Assembly: GCA_964016885.1 (NCBI GenBank)
Contig: OZ024741.1
Coordinates: 125,054,001 to 125,118,000, forward strand
DNA from: Eledone cirrhosa
Lineage: Eukaryota
Length of the DNA: 64,000 bases
Direction: 5' to 3'
Positions 1 through 13,602 of this stretch are shown here, piece after piece. A model generated the notes under the pieces. The model worked only from the letters and a program-made list of their open reading frames with translations, was not told where the DNA came from and did no database searches. The position numbers and the translations under genes are program-made. Each line of letters starts with the position of its first letter. Within the stretch, counting starts at the first letter, position 1.

Positions 1-66
1 GTTATTGTTGGTGGTGGTGGTGGTGTTGTTGTTATCATTGTTGCTGTTGTTGTTCTTGTTGTCATT

Positions 67-99
<33 letters not shown>

Positions 100-115
100 C
101 TGGTTGGTGTTGTTT
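1..115. repeat. (GTT)n/(GGT)n microsatellite
   Basis: Direct reading of triplet repeats. Confidence 0.9.
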
Positions 116-1522
116 ATATAGATAGATAGATAGATCGTGTGTTTACTTATTTGTTCAGAAAAGAATTTTAGAATTTCACCTTTAGAAACCAATAACAAAA
201 TGCATTATCATTTTCATTTCTTTCTTATAATAAATGTTCAATATATATAAATATAGACAAATAGAATAATTTTAATAGATTTTAAGATGAATCGACAAAT
301 CCATAGGACTGGATCGTTGGCGTCGACATTCGTAGAGACATAGGAGGGAAAATGAAGATTATTGTAACATTATATATTCGGGTAGATGAATATTACTTTG
401 GTGATTGCAGATTTCCTGTGTTTGTTTATAAGCTACTTTTTGAAAGACGTAGTTACATAGATATTCCTACATTACATCCAGATTATTTCAAAAATTCTAC
501 TACTCCATGTTTCGTAAATCTTAAGTATCTTCAGTATATGTTTTAGATGATGTAATCATATATGATTCATATCTACCCTGCTATAACATTAGTTTCAATA
601 TATTATATATATATGAATTGTTGTATATACAATAAACAAATGAATTGACTTAAGAAGTATTGGATGCATTTTTGATGCAATGCGTCCCAACGCAAAAGAT
701 AATAATAGTTTATAGGTGTTAATATTAGTTACGGTCCTTTACGGTGGTGATGGTGGTGGTGGATTGTTTTGTGGACGAAGTCAAAATGTTTTTACTTTTT
801 TTCTTTTTTTTGTGAGTGACGGTTTTCTCTCTTCCCCCTCACCACTAGCCATGAACAATTGGACCAAATCGGAGAAGGGTATGCAACTCTCGTGGTGTTG
901 TTGCTGTAGTTGTTGCTACTGGGGCTAGTGTTGTTTTTATTGGACATTTTAGTTGTTGGTGGTGTCTTTCCTGCTGTTGACACTGCTGTTTGCGTTGTTC
1001 GCACTAGAGGACTTTGTATTGGATAGAGGGGAGGGCTTTCCTCCCTGGTGGTTGGCAGAAAAACCTGAGGTGAGTTTTTGCCCCACAAATATGGCTTTCT
1101 AAATTCTACGGATAAAACGCCCATTCCACGGTGATTGCAGTGAAGATTATCACCTTATGTAATCAATAATCACAAAATTGCGAAATAATTGTCGACAAAA
1201 GTAAACGAACATGTTTAAATCTCAACAGCGTGGTCTAATGACATGATAATGATAATGATGATAATCATGATGATGATGATGATGACGATGGTAATGGTGG
1301 TAATGATAATGATGATGATGATGATTTCTCTTATTAACCACAAGTCATTGTTGATAATAGAAAGACAACACAAAATGGGGTTTTCTTGAAGTAAAAAGGA
1401 AGGGGGACATATCGATGTGAAATCAGTAGATATAATAATAATAGAAATTGTAGTTACACTTTTATCCTTTTACCTGTTCCAGCCATCCGGCTGAGGCCAT
1501 GCATAGTAAAAAACTTAAAGAA

Positions 1523-1683
1523 AATAATTGTTTCTACTTTTGGCACATTACTGGTACTTTATTTTATCGACCCCGTAAGGATGAAAGGCAAAGTTAACCT
1601 CGACAGGATTTGAACTTAGTCCGTAAAGGGACGTAACTCTATGCTGCAAAGCCTGGCGTCCGACTCTCCACCAATACTGCCAA
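1523..1683 (-). mobile_element. tRNA-derived SINE family A (short-tail form)
   Basis: Reverse complement of the 5222 copy, including the B-box-like GTTCAAATCC and the CTTTGCCTTTCATCCTTACGGGGTCGATAAAAT core. Confidence 0.85.
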
Positions 1684-2634
1684 GACAACAAGGCCAACTT
1701 CCCCAACAGTGGAGGACAGCACTTTAGGGTAATTCCAGAGAAAATTCACACACAAAGCCCTGGATTACGCTGTACATCTAACGGGCATTGGAAGTGCCCT
1801 CTTCCGGTTTCCTTTTTCCTACTTAGAAAAGTATTATCAAAATAATAATTTTTTTAAATATAGAAACATAAAATATGTGCTAAGTATCAGGTGATTTGAT
1901 GTAGTGATTTGATGTTCTGCGCAACGAATGCAGAAGAATCGTCAACGCTATTGCAGTACAAATTACTTGATGATGTTGATGATGTTGATAATAATAATAA
2001 CAACAACAATAACAACTACAATAATAATAATAATAATCATTGTGATCAAGAAAATCATTAAGCATACCAACTTGTGCAGTTGCTGGAATCGAATTTGATG
2101 GAATACTTATAGACTAATTTGTTTTTTGACGCCTTCATCTGCAAGATAATTTATGAATTGTGTAGGTGGTAACTTATTTAATGATTAGAAAAGATTAGAC
2201 AACTAAAGTGTATTTACATACGGTGTTCAAGAAAAACATTACTAGTGAATGATTAATATATATATATATAATTCAAAATATAAAAGACAAACACAGAGAC
2301 AAACTTAGTTTTACGCTTATGAAGAAGTAAATGGTAAATGAGAGTTTCGACGGATCGGATATAAGTCCTTCTTCAGTAAATGGAGAGTTCGTAGCGAGAA
2401 AGAGAGGAACAATATAAAATAAACATAAATTACATCTTGTTCACAAAGAAACTGACAGTAAATCAACCCTTTTCCTATTGAAACACAGAATAATGCTGAT
2501 TTAAATGATTCATTCATGAATGTACTTGGTGGTGGAAATTGAACACTAGTTATCATCTATTTGGCAAACGGCGTCATGCAATGGGCTATATGAATGCCTG
2601 GGGCTTAGTGGTTAGGGTGTTTGACTCATTATAA

Positions 2635-2820
2635 CTGGCAGTATCGGTAGAGGGTGTCGGATGCCATGCTTTGCAGCATAGAGTTACGGTCCTTTATGAT
2701 CTGAGTTCAAATCCCGCCGAGGTTAACTTTGCCTTTCATCCTTACGGGTGTCGGTAAAATAAAGTACCAGTAATACACTGGGATAATTGCTGGCCTTGTG
2801 CCAAAAGTAGAAACAATTAT
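2635..2820 (+). mobile_element. tRNA-derived SINE family A
   Basis: TGGCAG A-box-like motif, GAGTTCAAATCCC B-box, shared core, tail GCTGGCCTTGTGCCAAAAGTAGAAACAATTAT. Confidence 0.88.
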
Positions 2821-2987
2821 AACGTTTTAAGTTTAATTTCCTTCTCTGTGTTTGTCGTTGGACATCTTTTATTTACAGTTGCAACAGTATATACAGGTGA
2901 AACACTTATCGTTGGAACAGACATAAGCCTAACATGTTCGATAAATATATATTTACAATTACTAATTATTATTATTTGTGTTGTTTC

Positions 2988-3214
2988 GGGCGGTGGATTG
3001 GCAGTATCGATAGAGCGTGGGACAACATGCTTCGCTGTTGGATAGAGTTACGGCCCTAGTTACGTTCTGAGTTCAAATCCCGCCGAGGTTAGCTTTGCCT
3101 TCAATCCTTACGGGGTCGGTAAAATAAAGCACCAGTAATGCACTGGGGTCGATTTAATCGACTCCCCCCCCCCTTTCAAATTGCTGGCCTTGTGCCTAAA
3201 GTAGAAGCAATTAT
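2988..3214 (+). mobile_element. tRNA-derived SINE family A
   Basis: Same head, core and tail as the 2635 and 5222 copies. Confidence 0.88.
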
Positions 3215-3569
3215 TTGTGTTGTTTACTTCGAAGGTTCGCCAATGTTTGATGCTTATATGATCAGTCAATATCAGAATTGGTTCTATACCTTGCATATAA
3301 ATCCTTTAGAGCATGTTTAGTGTTTTTATCACAGGGAACCATAAAGCAAGCCTCTATATTTATTGTTATATATTTATCGCTCTTCCACTTTAGATAAATA
3401 AATATTTATTATTTGTCAGTAGCAATACATTGAGTGTGTTGAGTGTGAGCAATATATTCTATATACAGATTATTTATGTTATATATATGTGTATGTGTGT
3501 GTGTGTATAAGCCTATAAGCAAACACACGCACGCACGCGCGCACACACACACACACACATATATATATA

Positions 3570-3636
<67 letters not shown>

Positions 3637-4355
3637 ATATATATATATGCAATGGCAGTATAGTAGTAATGTTAGTTAAATAATGAACACACTGGTGAAA
3701 ATAAGTGTGTTAATATGGCTGACATTTTGTTGGTTTCTGATTATGTCTCTTTGCTGCTTTGTCCAAATATTCCAGCTGTAAAAACCTTCAGTAAATCTAA
3801 GGAGAGAAAATATTAAACAAATGAAAATGATAGGAGTTTTAGGAAATGACTTGGCGTAACACAACTATGCCGGTCGGAAGCAACCAAGTGAGCAGTGAGT
3901 GCAATCAAGCGATATTAAAATGAAATATGAACACATAAACAACTTTAATTCAAGTCTCTCTCTCTCTAATTTTTCTCTCTCTATCGGTCTCTCTTTTCTG
4001 TCTCTCTCTTCATCTCTCTCCCTCTCCCTTTCGATCTCACTCTCTTCACTCATTCTTACTTTCTATTACATATCACACATTCTACAGCTTATCGCTGTCT
4101 CTAGCTTTACCTTTATCTCGGTCTGTCTCTCTCTCTTTCTTTCTCTTTGGTACCTTTCCTTCTCCTATCTCTGTAAAGCCTATCCTTTTCCTTTCTGTCT
4201 CTCATCTCTCATTCTTCATTGCACACTTTCCCTTTTGTTCCCTCTCATTACGCCTTTCTTTCTCTCGAACTCTATTTTTTATTACGTTAACACACACACA
4301 CACACAAACAAACACACACAAACACACACACACATATATATATATATATACATAC

Positions 4356-4392
<37 letters not shown>

Positions 4393-5221
4393 TATGTATA
4401 TATATTTATGTATTTATATATATATATTTACATATATATATATATTGTATGTTCTTTTTATTTTTATTTCACAGACATTAGGAATATGCCAGCATATTTG
4501 ACACAGATGTCATAGATGAGCGAATAAATGTTTTCGCATTAAAATATTCTTCTATATTATTTATGGCAAGGACTTTAGAGCGCCGGCATTAATGCTCTTC
4601 AGCTTCTACTTTGGCGCCAAATGTTTTCAAAGGAGGTTTACGTTTAGTGATGTATCGCTTCTGAGTCTATACACTAACCAGCTTTATTTAATAGTACTTT
4701 TCTTCTTTTTTTTTTGTAATGTTTAATTAATTATTTTCCTTCTTACAAAATTCTCTCTCTCACTCTCTGTCTCTCTTTTACTCTCTCTCTCTCTCTCCCT
4801 CTCTCTCTCTCTTTCTCTCTCTCCCTGATATTTTCTGTAATATCACAGTAGAGTTAGTGAGTGCAACAGCATACCGACGCCCATCCCGTTTATAGTACGT
4901 GTGGTAAACCTCATCCTTATTTGTTTTATCATTTTTAATTATTTTAAATTCATTATTATTGCTGAGGTTAATATTTCTTGCCAATATAAACTATTTCTCA
5001 GTTCAATGACAGAATCATTTGAGCATCGGACAAAATACTTTGCAATATTTGTTCACTAAATTTAGATTCTGAGTTACAATTTTGCAAATCTTTTTTTCCA
5101 AGGTCGATACAATAACGCCCAGTCAGATACAAGTGTCAGTTCTACACCAGCACTCAACACCATCAAATTAGTGGTACTGTGCCTGAACCTGAATTAAAAA
5201 CCATTATTTTATGTTTATATA

Positions 5222-5415
5222 AGGGCGGTGAATTGGCAGTATCTGTAGAGGGTCGGACGCCATGCTTTGACGCATAGAGTTACGGCCCTTGCCATTCTGA
5301 GTTCAAATCCCGCCGAGGTTAACTTTGCCTTTCATCCTTACAGGGTCGATAAAATAAAGTACCAGTAATGCACTGGTCAATTGCTGGCCTTGTGCCCAAA
5401 GTAGAAACAATTATT
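5222..5415 (+). mobile_element. tRNA-derived SINE family A, full length
   Basis: Starts GGCGGTGAATTGGCAG, has a B-box and the tail; flanked by the direct repeat ATTATTTTATGTTTATATAA (probable TSD, ~5204-5222 and ~5410-5429). Confidence 0.9.
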
Positions 5416-7294
5416 TTATGTTTATATAAACTATTGCTCTGTGGAACGGAACAATAGTTATAGAATCACACTAAATGTTCTGGACTATATGTTGCCGCTC
5501 TTTTCATTCTGAGTTCAAGTTCCGGATTAGCCAGCTTTGCTTTTCTCAACTCTGGAGTTGATAAAATAACGTATCAGTCAAGTAAAGAACCCTATATTTT
5601 TTACTTCCCTTTCACTTGCTTTATGCCTATGCTAGAAAAAAAGTGACTGAACACAGCCGATTTCTTTCAGAGAATTGTAGACAGAATTAATGGGAGAAGT
5701 GACAAAGAGATATTGTGGAAGAATCAACCACATACAGTACTGGTACTTTATTTATCTACGTTGAAAGATTGATAGGCTAGATTGACTTCGGTGTGATTTG
5801 AACAGAGGAGAGCTGGAACGAATGTGGTGAAGCACTCTATCCGATGTTCTAACGACATTGCCAATTCGTCGCTTCAATTAATGTATACTTATAGTAAAAA
5901 GCCACTAAAATAGCGACAGCGTTTATATAAACTGCAGAATGTATTGCATTTTAAGCGAACAATTTTCAAATTAGTCTTCAAACGAAAGCATGACAAAAAT
6001 AGATGCATGGCTGCAAATTTAAATCTGCAAATCTTTGAATCTTTCCAATAATTATATGTGTTGTAAACATCCTAAACTATTTTCATCACACAGAGTGGTA
6101 TTCTTTTCTTTTCTTTTTTTTTTGTATGTTTTATTCATCATGAGAAGATTTCAATTATATTTATTTCCAGATGTTATTCGCAATGACCACAACCATTAAA
6201 AGTATCTGGTTTACACATTTGTGCATACGTTAAATAAACAGTCGTACATAGCAGAATTTAAAATGTTTCCCTGAATACGTTATTACACTGAAAGTTTCCG
6301 ATGTGTCTAATATTAGCAGAAGTGTCTTTTCGAGTAGAATGTACCGGTAATTTAAAAAGACAGCCTTATCACATACTTGATCACATTGAATCACACTTAG
6401 CATGATGTTTAAGGTACATGTGTCGGTAGAATATTCATCTACTTACACTATAAGGAAAGATGGATTGTAGCTGTGATTTAAAGTGCTAGCTTTGTCACAT
6501 TGTGTCACGCTGACTCACTCTCAGATTTCCGTCCATAGTACACCTATCTATGAAATATACAGCCATTTACATTATAATAGAAGATAGTTTGTACCTGTAC
6601 CTCAAAGCTAGTCTTGTCATATATTGTGTTACACTGAATCTCCCTGAGAATTACATTAAGAGTATACATGCCTGTATATGGGATATAATATTATACCATG
6701 GTGTATGTGGAATACACCTTTTTAACTGATGCAAAAAGAAAGGAATTTAACGTAGCACTGAAAGAGATGATATCAGATTTTTAAAACAATTCATATGTTT
6801 TAAAATTATTATTCGATAAATAAAATTTAATACAATTATTACTATATCAATAACATTTTCTAAACTTAAAAGAATAAAATTATGCAAAATTATGATTTCT
6901 AGCTGCTTTTACCCATTTTTCATGTTCTGGAAGAAATAGCAATAATTATCTTGATAAATGGTTTTAGAGAAATATAACTGGAAACGATATTAGAAAAATA
7001 AATTTACTGGCATAAAAAAAACGCTATATCGATTCTCGAACATAAATTTATTATAAATTACTCAAATCTCTATAGTCTTAGTTGTCTCATATAAACAAAG
7101 TAATTTTAATTAAATAACTATATAAAAAGATTTTTTAAATGTATTCTTTATAAGGAAAATGACACCTAACATCATACTTATCATATAAGGTATATTCGAT
7201 TCCACATGCAAAAATGTTAAATCCCCTCTTCATAAATAGTTACAGGGACTTGCATTCACTGACAAACAATCACACAGAATATGGTATGGGCATG

Positions 7295-7615
7295 GTATGG
7301 TCCCGTAACTCATGGGGGAGTTGTATGGGGGCCCGTATTAAGATACGGCGCTTTTGCTGTATTTTAAGCCAGGTGGAGCGCATCTCTCTCCAGGCCTGAT
7401 TACAACAGATTTTTTCCGGAGAAAGATAAAAAAAGTGAGAGAAAGAAATGAGAAAGAGATATAGAGGAAGAATCGACCTCAGTACTAAACGGGTACATTT
7501 TTTATCTTCCTCCAAAAGATAAAAGGCAAAGTTGACCTCGGTGGGATTTGAGCTCAGAGAGGCGGAACGAATACCACACACTACTCAATCCGATATTTTA
7601 ATGAATCTGCCAATT
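7295..7615 (-). mobile_element. SINE family A, long-tail form
   Basis: SINE A head and core, a CT-rich linker, then a different 3' tail shared with the 13603, 39362 and 49125 copies. Confidence 0.75.
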
Positions 7616-7839
7616 TTTGAGCTTGCTATGATATAAAGAAAGAAAAATGTAACGAGAATAGATAATAAGCGAAATGTATGTAGGCAAATAGATTACTTGC
7701 CATTAAAGGAATAGTTTCCGTTAAACAAGTATATTCTCAACGCCATTTTGTCTCCAAAACATTAGAAGCGGAAACGATATATTTACGCCCGTGGCCGACA
7801 CCCACATATACACATACAAACAGCTATACTCACACTTAC

Positions 7840-7885
<46 letters not shown>

Positions 7886-7889
<4 letters not shown>

Positions 7890-8762
7890 TATGAAGAGAG
7901 AAGAAACATTTAGATATAATTAGTAATAAAATGTATCATACCTAAACTGTTCCTAGATTCCTCGACTACGTAGTTTCGTGGCATAAACAAAAACAATACA
8001 TCATAAAGATATAGAGTCCTTGCGAGGTCTGCCGACTTATCAAGAGGATACCTCATTTTACTAGCTTCAAGAACGCGTCTACACAACGTGAGAAAGAATC
8101 CCAAAAGGCGGAGGGGGAGATAGTCACGCGATATAACGGTCGAGAAACAGAGCTAAGCCTCTTATAACCCCGGAGAAAATACCACGGAGGCGGAGGGGGT
8201 ATTTATATCGAAGCCGTAGAAGAGGTGGTGAAGGAGGCGAGAAGTATGAGTAATGGCAGCTTTCCAGCAGTCACCACTCTTCAAAGATTACTCGACCAGA
8301 GGGAGTTATGAACAATATATTTAGAAACACACAGATACATGCGGACACACACATATACATGAATGCATCCACACCCAACCGTGAGTTAATGGTGCCAACC
8401 TTACCGATGTTGCTCAATGAATGACTGGGACAGACCAATCCGGTTGAATCAGACTGGACCAGTATCAGAGTTAAAAATACATTATGAAGAGAGAAGAAAC
8501 ATTTAGATATAATTAGTAATAAAATGTATCATACCTAAACTGTTCCTAGATTCCTCGACTACGTAGTTTCGTGGCATAAACAAAAACAATACATCATAAA
8601 GATATAGAGTCCTTGCGATACTGGTCCAGTCTGATTCAACCGGATTGGTCTGTCCCAGTCATTCATTGAGCAACATCTGTAAGGTTGGCACCATTAACTC
8701 ACGGTTGGGTGCGGATGCATTCATGTATATGTGTGTGTCCGCATGTATCTGTGTGTTTCTAA

Positions 8763-8768
<6 letters not shown>
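7886..8768 (-). mobile_element. Non-coding PLE-type insertion: 593-bp partial tandem plus inverted arm, in (TA)n
   Basis: Direct repeat 7886-8024 / 8479-8618; 8616-8767 is the reverse complement of ~8315-8467; (TA)n on both sides. Confidence 0.75.
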
Positions 8769-8810
<42 letters not shown>

Positions 8811-8811
<1 letters not shown>

Positions 8812-9003
8812 CGAAGGAAATGTGGTAAGGAACCAGGTGGACCATAACGCACCAAAGTACTCAATACTTAGGGTAGTAGAGTGGGTGATAGGAACAAGTA
8901 AGACCCCGACGGCTGAGCTCAAGACGTTTCGACGGCTAATTCAGTACAGAATTAGCCGTCGAAACGGCTTGAGCTCAGCCGTCGGGGTCTTACTTGTTCC
9001 TAT
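8811..9003. mobile_element. Fold-back insertion, half-hammerhead family
   Basis: Palindrome ~8888-9003 containing GAAACGGCTTGAGCTCAGCCGTC; flanked by (TA)n. Confidence 0.8.
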
Positions 9004-9075
9004 ATATATATATATGTGTGTGGAAAAAATGAAACGAAATTTCATTTCTCACTCTTAGTACGGCTGTTACTTAAA

Positions 9076-9618
9076 TATAAGTATGTATACGTACATACAT
9101 ATATGTATACAGACGTACAGTAGTATATATATATACATACATGCACACATATATATATGTACGTATGGGTTTACCGAACATTTATTATAATGCTCGGTTT
9201 GTTTGTAAACAAACAACCCGAATTTCGTTGCATTTTTTCCATTTATCGTTTTCGGTGCGCCCGGCCTACTAACTCACTCGATATGCAAGTTAGGCTGCTC
9301 AGCCGTTAATATGCATAAGGAAAGTATATAATTTCAGACGTTCAATTATCTGGTAGGAAGGTATATGATGCTGAAGATAGCTAATAAGCTTGAAACTAGT
9401 ACATCGTTCCTTTGTCAGTGTTGAACAAAAGGGCAACGATGGTTGCTAAACACTGTACGGCTTAATTCGGGCTGTTTGTTTACAAACAAACCGAGCATTA
9501 TAATAAATGTTCGGTAAACCCATACGTACATATATATATGTGTGCATGTATGTATATATGTATATACATACTACTGTACGTCTGTATACATATATGTATG
9601 TACGTATACATACTTATA
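9076..9618. mobile_element. Fold-back insertion with an HHR in the spacer
   Basis: Inverted arms ~9076-9224 and ~9464-9618. Confidence 0.8.
9365..9407 (+). ncRNA. Minimal type I hammerhead ribozyme
   Basis: atgatg-CTGAAGA-t-agc-taataa-gct-t-GAAA-CTAG-TA-catcgt; 6-bp stem I, palindromic stem III ACTAGT, GUA cleavage site. Confidence 0.8.
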
Positions 9619-9629
9619 TATATATATAT

Positions 9630-9830
9630 AAACTATAATAAAGCAAGGGCTGCAAGACTGCGTACAGTTTATTTCTTTTAATCCAGTTAGTAAAATAAGT
9701 TTGGTTACTTTGAATAAGTAATGTATGAATATTACATAATTTATGTGCTAAATTTCGTAAACAACTAATTTCGTAAGAATAAATAATATAAAATTAACTT
9801 CTTTTCAAAGTTGCACTTCCGGTATATCGT
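9630..9830 (+). mobile_element. 5' part of a non-autonomous Helitron-like repeat
   Basis: Homologous to 10161-10345 and to the start of 34596-35056. Confidence 0.55.
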
Positions 9831-10160
9831 CGCCACCACCACCACCACTTCAACTACCATATATATAGAAAGAGAGAGTGTGTAATGAGAGAGATAGAGA
9901 GATTATGATTTTCTACACACTGATGCGTATGAGTGTGCACATACATCTATATGTATGAGTATATAACTATTATCGCGCAAACACAAACTTATAAAAATGC
10001 ACTCTCACGGACATAATTCACACAAATACACATACTTTCAAACAAACATACATAGATATACATTTACTCACATATATACATTTACACAAACACACACATA
10101 CAGTCATGATAGCGTTCGGTTTAATTGGAAATGGGAGGGTAAAACAAGTATAACGTTTTA

Positions 10161-10345
10161 TCTAAACTATAATGAAGGAAGGTCTGCGGGACTGCGTACG
10201 GTTTATTTTTTTATCCCGTTTGTAAAATAAGTTGGATTTCTTTGAATAAATAATGAATGAATATTACATAATTTATCTACGAAATTTCGTGGCTGTTGAT
10301 TAAATATATTTTGTTTATTTAAAGATTCATTTCTTCAAAATTACA
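10161..10345 (+). mobile_element. 5' part of a non-autonomous Helitron-like repeat
   Basis: Starts A|TCTAAACTATAAT (Helitron-type TC 5' end); homologous to the 34596 element. Confidence 0.55.
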
Positions 10346-10661
10346 ATCATGATAGCGTTCGGTTTAATTGGAGATGGGAGGGTATACTTTCATACAAATA
10401 TACATACATTCACACATACTTTCACACTAACATACATACATTCATACATACATTCACACAAACATACATACATTTACACAAACATATATATATTCATACA
10501 TATACATTTACACAATGTGCACAGGTTGCTAAGGTCATATGTGTCTAGGTAATTATTACTATAGGTAACTTACCTATAGTAATAATTACCTAGACACATA
10601 TGACCTTAGCAACCTGTGCCCTACAAGACCAGCAAGAGGCAGACCACCTACCATTACCTCA

Positions 10662-11820
10662 ATGGCCAAGAAAACCCACACAGATAGATGGAACGGGTGG
10701 ACCAGAGCCATACGGACACCCGAAAACCACGATGAACTGAAGAAAATGATTGCACATGCGGTAGGGGCCAGCATAAAACTAACCCTTAAGGAACATATGT
10801 TCAAATTTAATGGAAAAACATATACCCAAGAGGAAGGAGCAGCCATTGGTGTTAGCATTGCAGGCGACATAGCTAACTTATTCATGGTATGGTGGGACAG
10901 TAGACTTAAACTTAAACTTAAAGAACAATTAGAAGACCCCTTAACCCTGATAATGTACTCCCGCTACGTTGATGATATAAACATCGTAGTTAAGACACCC
11001 CCACTAGAGAACAGTCAGGAACTAGAGAAAAACACAATGGAAAGCATCCAGCAAATAGCTAACTCCATCCACCAGAGTATTAGAGTTACTATAGACAACC
11101 CAAGTAAACACCCCAACCATCGATTACCTGTACTAGACACAGAGCTCTGGTTAGATACCATTAATAACAAAGAACAAATCCTCCATTCCCATTATGCCAA
11201 ACCCATAACTTCCAAAAGTCTGATCCACCGAAACTCGGCCGTTTCGGACCATACCAAAATCAACATACTGATTGCGGATTTGGTACGGGTGATGAGAAAC
11301 GTGTCCCGCATCTGCAACCCCGAAGAACTATAGAGACACATACAACACTTCATCCACCGTATGCAGTTCTCTGGCTACAATCAGAAAGATAAAATCAGAG
11401 TGTATAGAGGAGCCAGAACCAAATGGGAAAAAATGGTAAATAATGACATAAATGGGACCTGCCCCTTGTATGGGAGCAAATTTTGGAATAGAATAGAAAG
11501 AACTAGGAACAAGGCTACTAGAATAAACTCATGGTATGATAGCAATAAATACCAGAGTGTAATGTTCATCGATACAACCCCTAGAGGTGAATTAGCTTAC
11601 AAATTTAGAAGGGCCCTAGATAAACATAAACTCAATATTAAGATAGTAAAGAATCATCTGTACTCTACCAACATGCTAAAATAGAACACAAGCGTAAATT
11701 AGAGAACATAGAAATAAAAATAGAATCTACACACAGAAAAGACGCAATGTTTAGACAAATCACAGAGGCAATAAACATAAAAGAATTACAACTAAAATTA
11801 AATAGAAAATATGAGTGGAA
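10662..11820 (+). pseudogene. PLE reverse transcriptase / GIY-YIG remnant
   Basis: YVDD motif, an in-frame stop at 11331 and an internal deletion of the endonuclease N-terminal half. Confidence 0.85.
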
Positions 11821-12046
11821 CAGCAACATCACAACTTACAATTAAGGACAAAATGAAAACACACACACACATAGAACAAACAACCAACCAGTAACATGTA
11901 AATAAACAAATAAATAAATGAACATAAACACACACAGACACCCGGATGTGGCGCATGCGCAGACTGAGCACGCAACACACACACAGAAACAAAATGGAGT
12001 AGGACAGAACAAAGGAGAGGCACAAAAACAAAGAAAAGAATCCCCA

Positions 12047-12089
12047 GTCACTGAAGAGGTCACAGAATGTGTGACGAAAGAACTTTGAC
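12047..12089 (+). ncRNA. Hammerhead ribozyme in the PLE 3' region
   Basis: gtca-CTGAAGA-g-gtcac-agaatgt-gtgac-GAAA-GAAC-TT-tgac. Confidence 0.7.
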
Positions 12090-12235
12090 AATATATAAAC
12101 AACTATCTGGTTGTGGAACCAACCAACCAACCAGAAATTTATAAATTCCTAAATTTATAAATTTATTATAATAAATTGAAGTGAAAGCAACTGGTGCGTG
12201 TGTTTCTTATTGGCAACATGACCCTCCCAAAGTAT

Positions 12236-12298
<63 letters not shown>

Positions 12299-12302
<4 letters not shown>

Positions 12303-12536
12303 GGAACGAGTAGGACCCCAACGGCTGAGCTCAAGCCGTTTCGACGGCTAATTCTGGACTAAATGAACATTTTTATCCGGATAAAAATGTTCATTTAATC
12401 CAGAATTAGCAGTCGAAACGGCTTGAGCTCAGCCGTCGGGGTCCTACTCGTTACTATGACCCACTCTACTACTCTAAGTATTGAGTACTTTGGTGCGTTA
12501 TGGTCCATCTGGTTCCGTACCACATGTCCTTCGTTA
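12299..12536. mobile_element. Fold-back insertion, half-hammerhead family
   Basis: Palindrome centred on TTATCCGGATAA (~12378), with the full tail on the right; flanked by (TA)n. Confidence 0.8.
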
Positions 12537-13377
12537 TATATATATATATATAATTTGAGAAGAGGAAAAGAATAATTTCACGTGTAGTTCTAAACAATTT
12601 AATTTTATAATATAATAATTTTACAATATGGTTTTGTAGATCTAGACATTTCTTTGTTAACTACAGTGGGGAGATTTTTTAAAGATTACTGGTTAACTTT
12701 TCTGGAGAACTTTCTCGCATTCGTAGGTGGCGATTGTCAAACTGATCTCAGATTGTGTTGTGATGTGTGACTCTATATATAACAAACTTGCGTGTGTCGG
12801 GAGGGGGGCGTTAATGAGGGTGGGATTGATTATGTGTTGATGAAGATTTAAGTGAATTAAATCATATATATATATATACACACAAGTGGTGAAAGAAAAT
12901 AGTGAATAGTAAAAGCAAGATAATTGATTGAGAGTGAATTTGGGATGTGTTGCGGTGTTTAAAGAGTGTTTTAGAAAGGGCTTGTGAAAGTGCCCTCCTG
13001 TCTATTCTATTTCAATAGTCGACCTTTGGTAAATAAAATATAATAGCCATATGCTTTTATTTTTTATGCAAATTCTTTTCTTATAGCTGAATAAACTATC
13101 TTAAATTTATAAAAAAAAACTTCAACAATTTTCTATATTAAAGATGAATTTGGGTGTGTGTCTGTGGTGGGGGTGGGTTAATCAGGCGTAAGATATATTT
13201 TTTTTGTTAAAAAGGGGATGAACTATAATATGTATATGGGCTGTATCTATGTTTATATGTAGGGAAGTAAATATGTGAGCTAGCACTCTCAATCAATTAT
13301 CTTGCTTTTATCATTCACTATTTTTTTTACTAAATCTCACTGTCATCCATAATTATAATACGATGGATTATCCATTG

Positions 13378-13515
13378 GTTTCGACGATGATCACTTAGTT
13401 ATTCGATCAACTGAACTCTCAGCTCATGAGTTAACGTATAAGGGGTTGAGTATTCCGATAATATGTGTACACTTAATGTAATTCCCAAGTCGAGTCAGCG
13501 TAATACATTGTGTTA
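13378..13515 (-). mobile_element. SINE family B 3' fragment
   Basis: Diverged match to 47355-47470. Confidence 0.55.
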
Positions 13516-13602
13516 AAAGGATGCAGTAAAAGAAAGAGGAAAATTAGGAGGGGAAATAATTAGGGAATTATATTAATTATTTAGTTTTGAAATAAATGGA
13601 AT

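Larger units (their letters stand above)
10519..12240 (+). mobile_element. Penelope-like retroelement, 5'-truncated with an inverted 5' junction
   Basis: RT ORFs 10662-11684 (GAAIG, MYSRYVDD, LPVLD, HYAKP); endonuclease C-terminal remnant ~11652-11820 (LYQHAK...RQITEA...NRKYEW); palindrome 10519-10619; 3' HHR; ends in (TA)n. Confidence 0.88.

Noticed and set aside
500-540. CTGAAGA...GAAACATG on the minus strand
   Set aside because: No stem I or II pairing, and the conserved U before the cleavage site is missing.
2635-5415. tRNA genes
   Set aside because: The A/B-box matches belong to SINE heads and give no complete cloverleaf.
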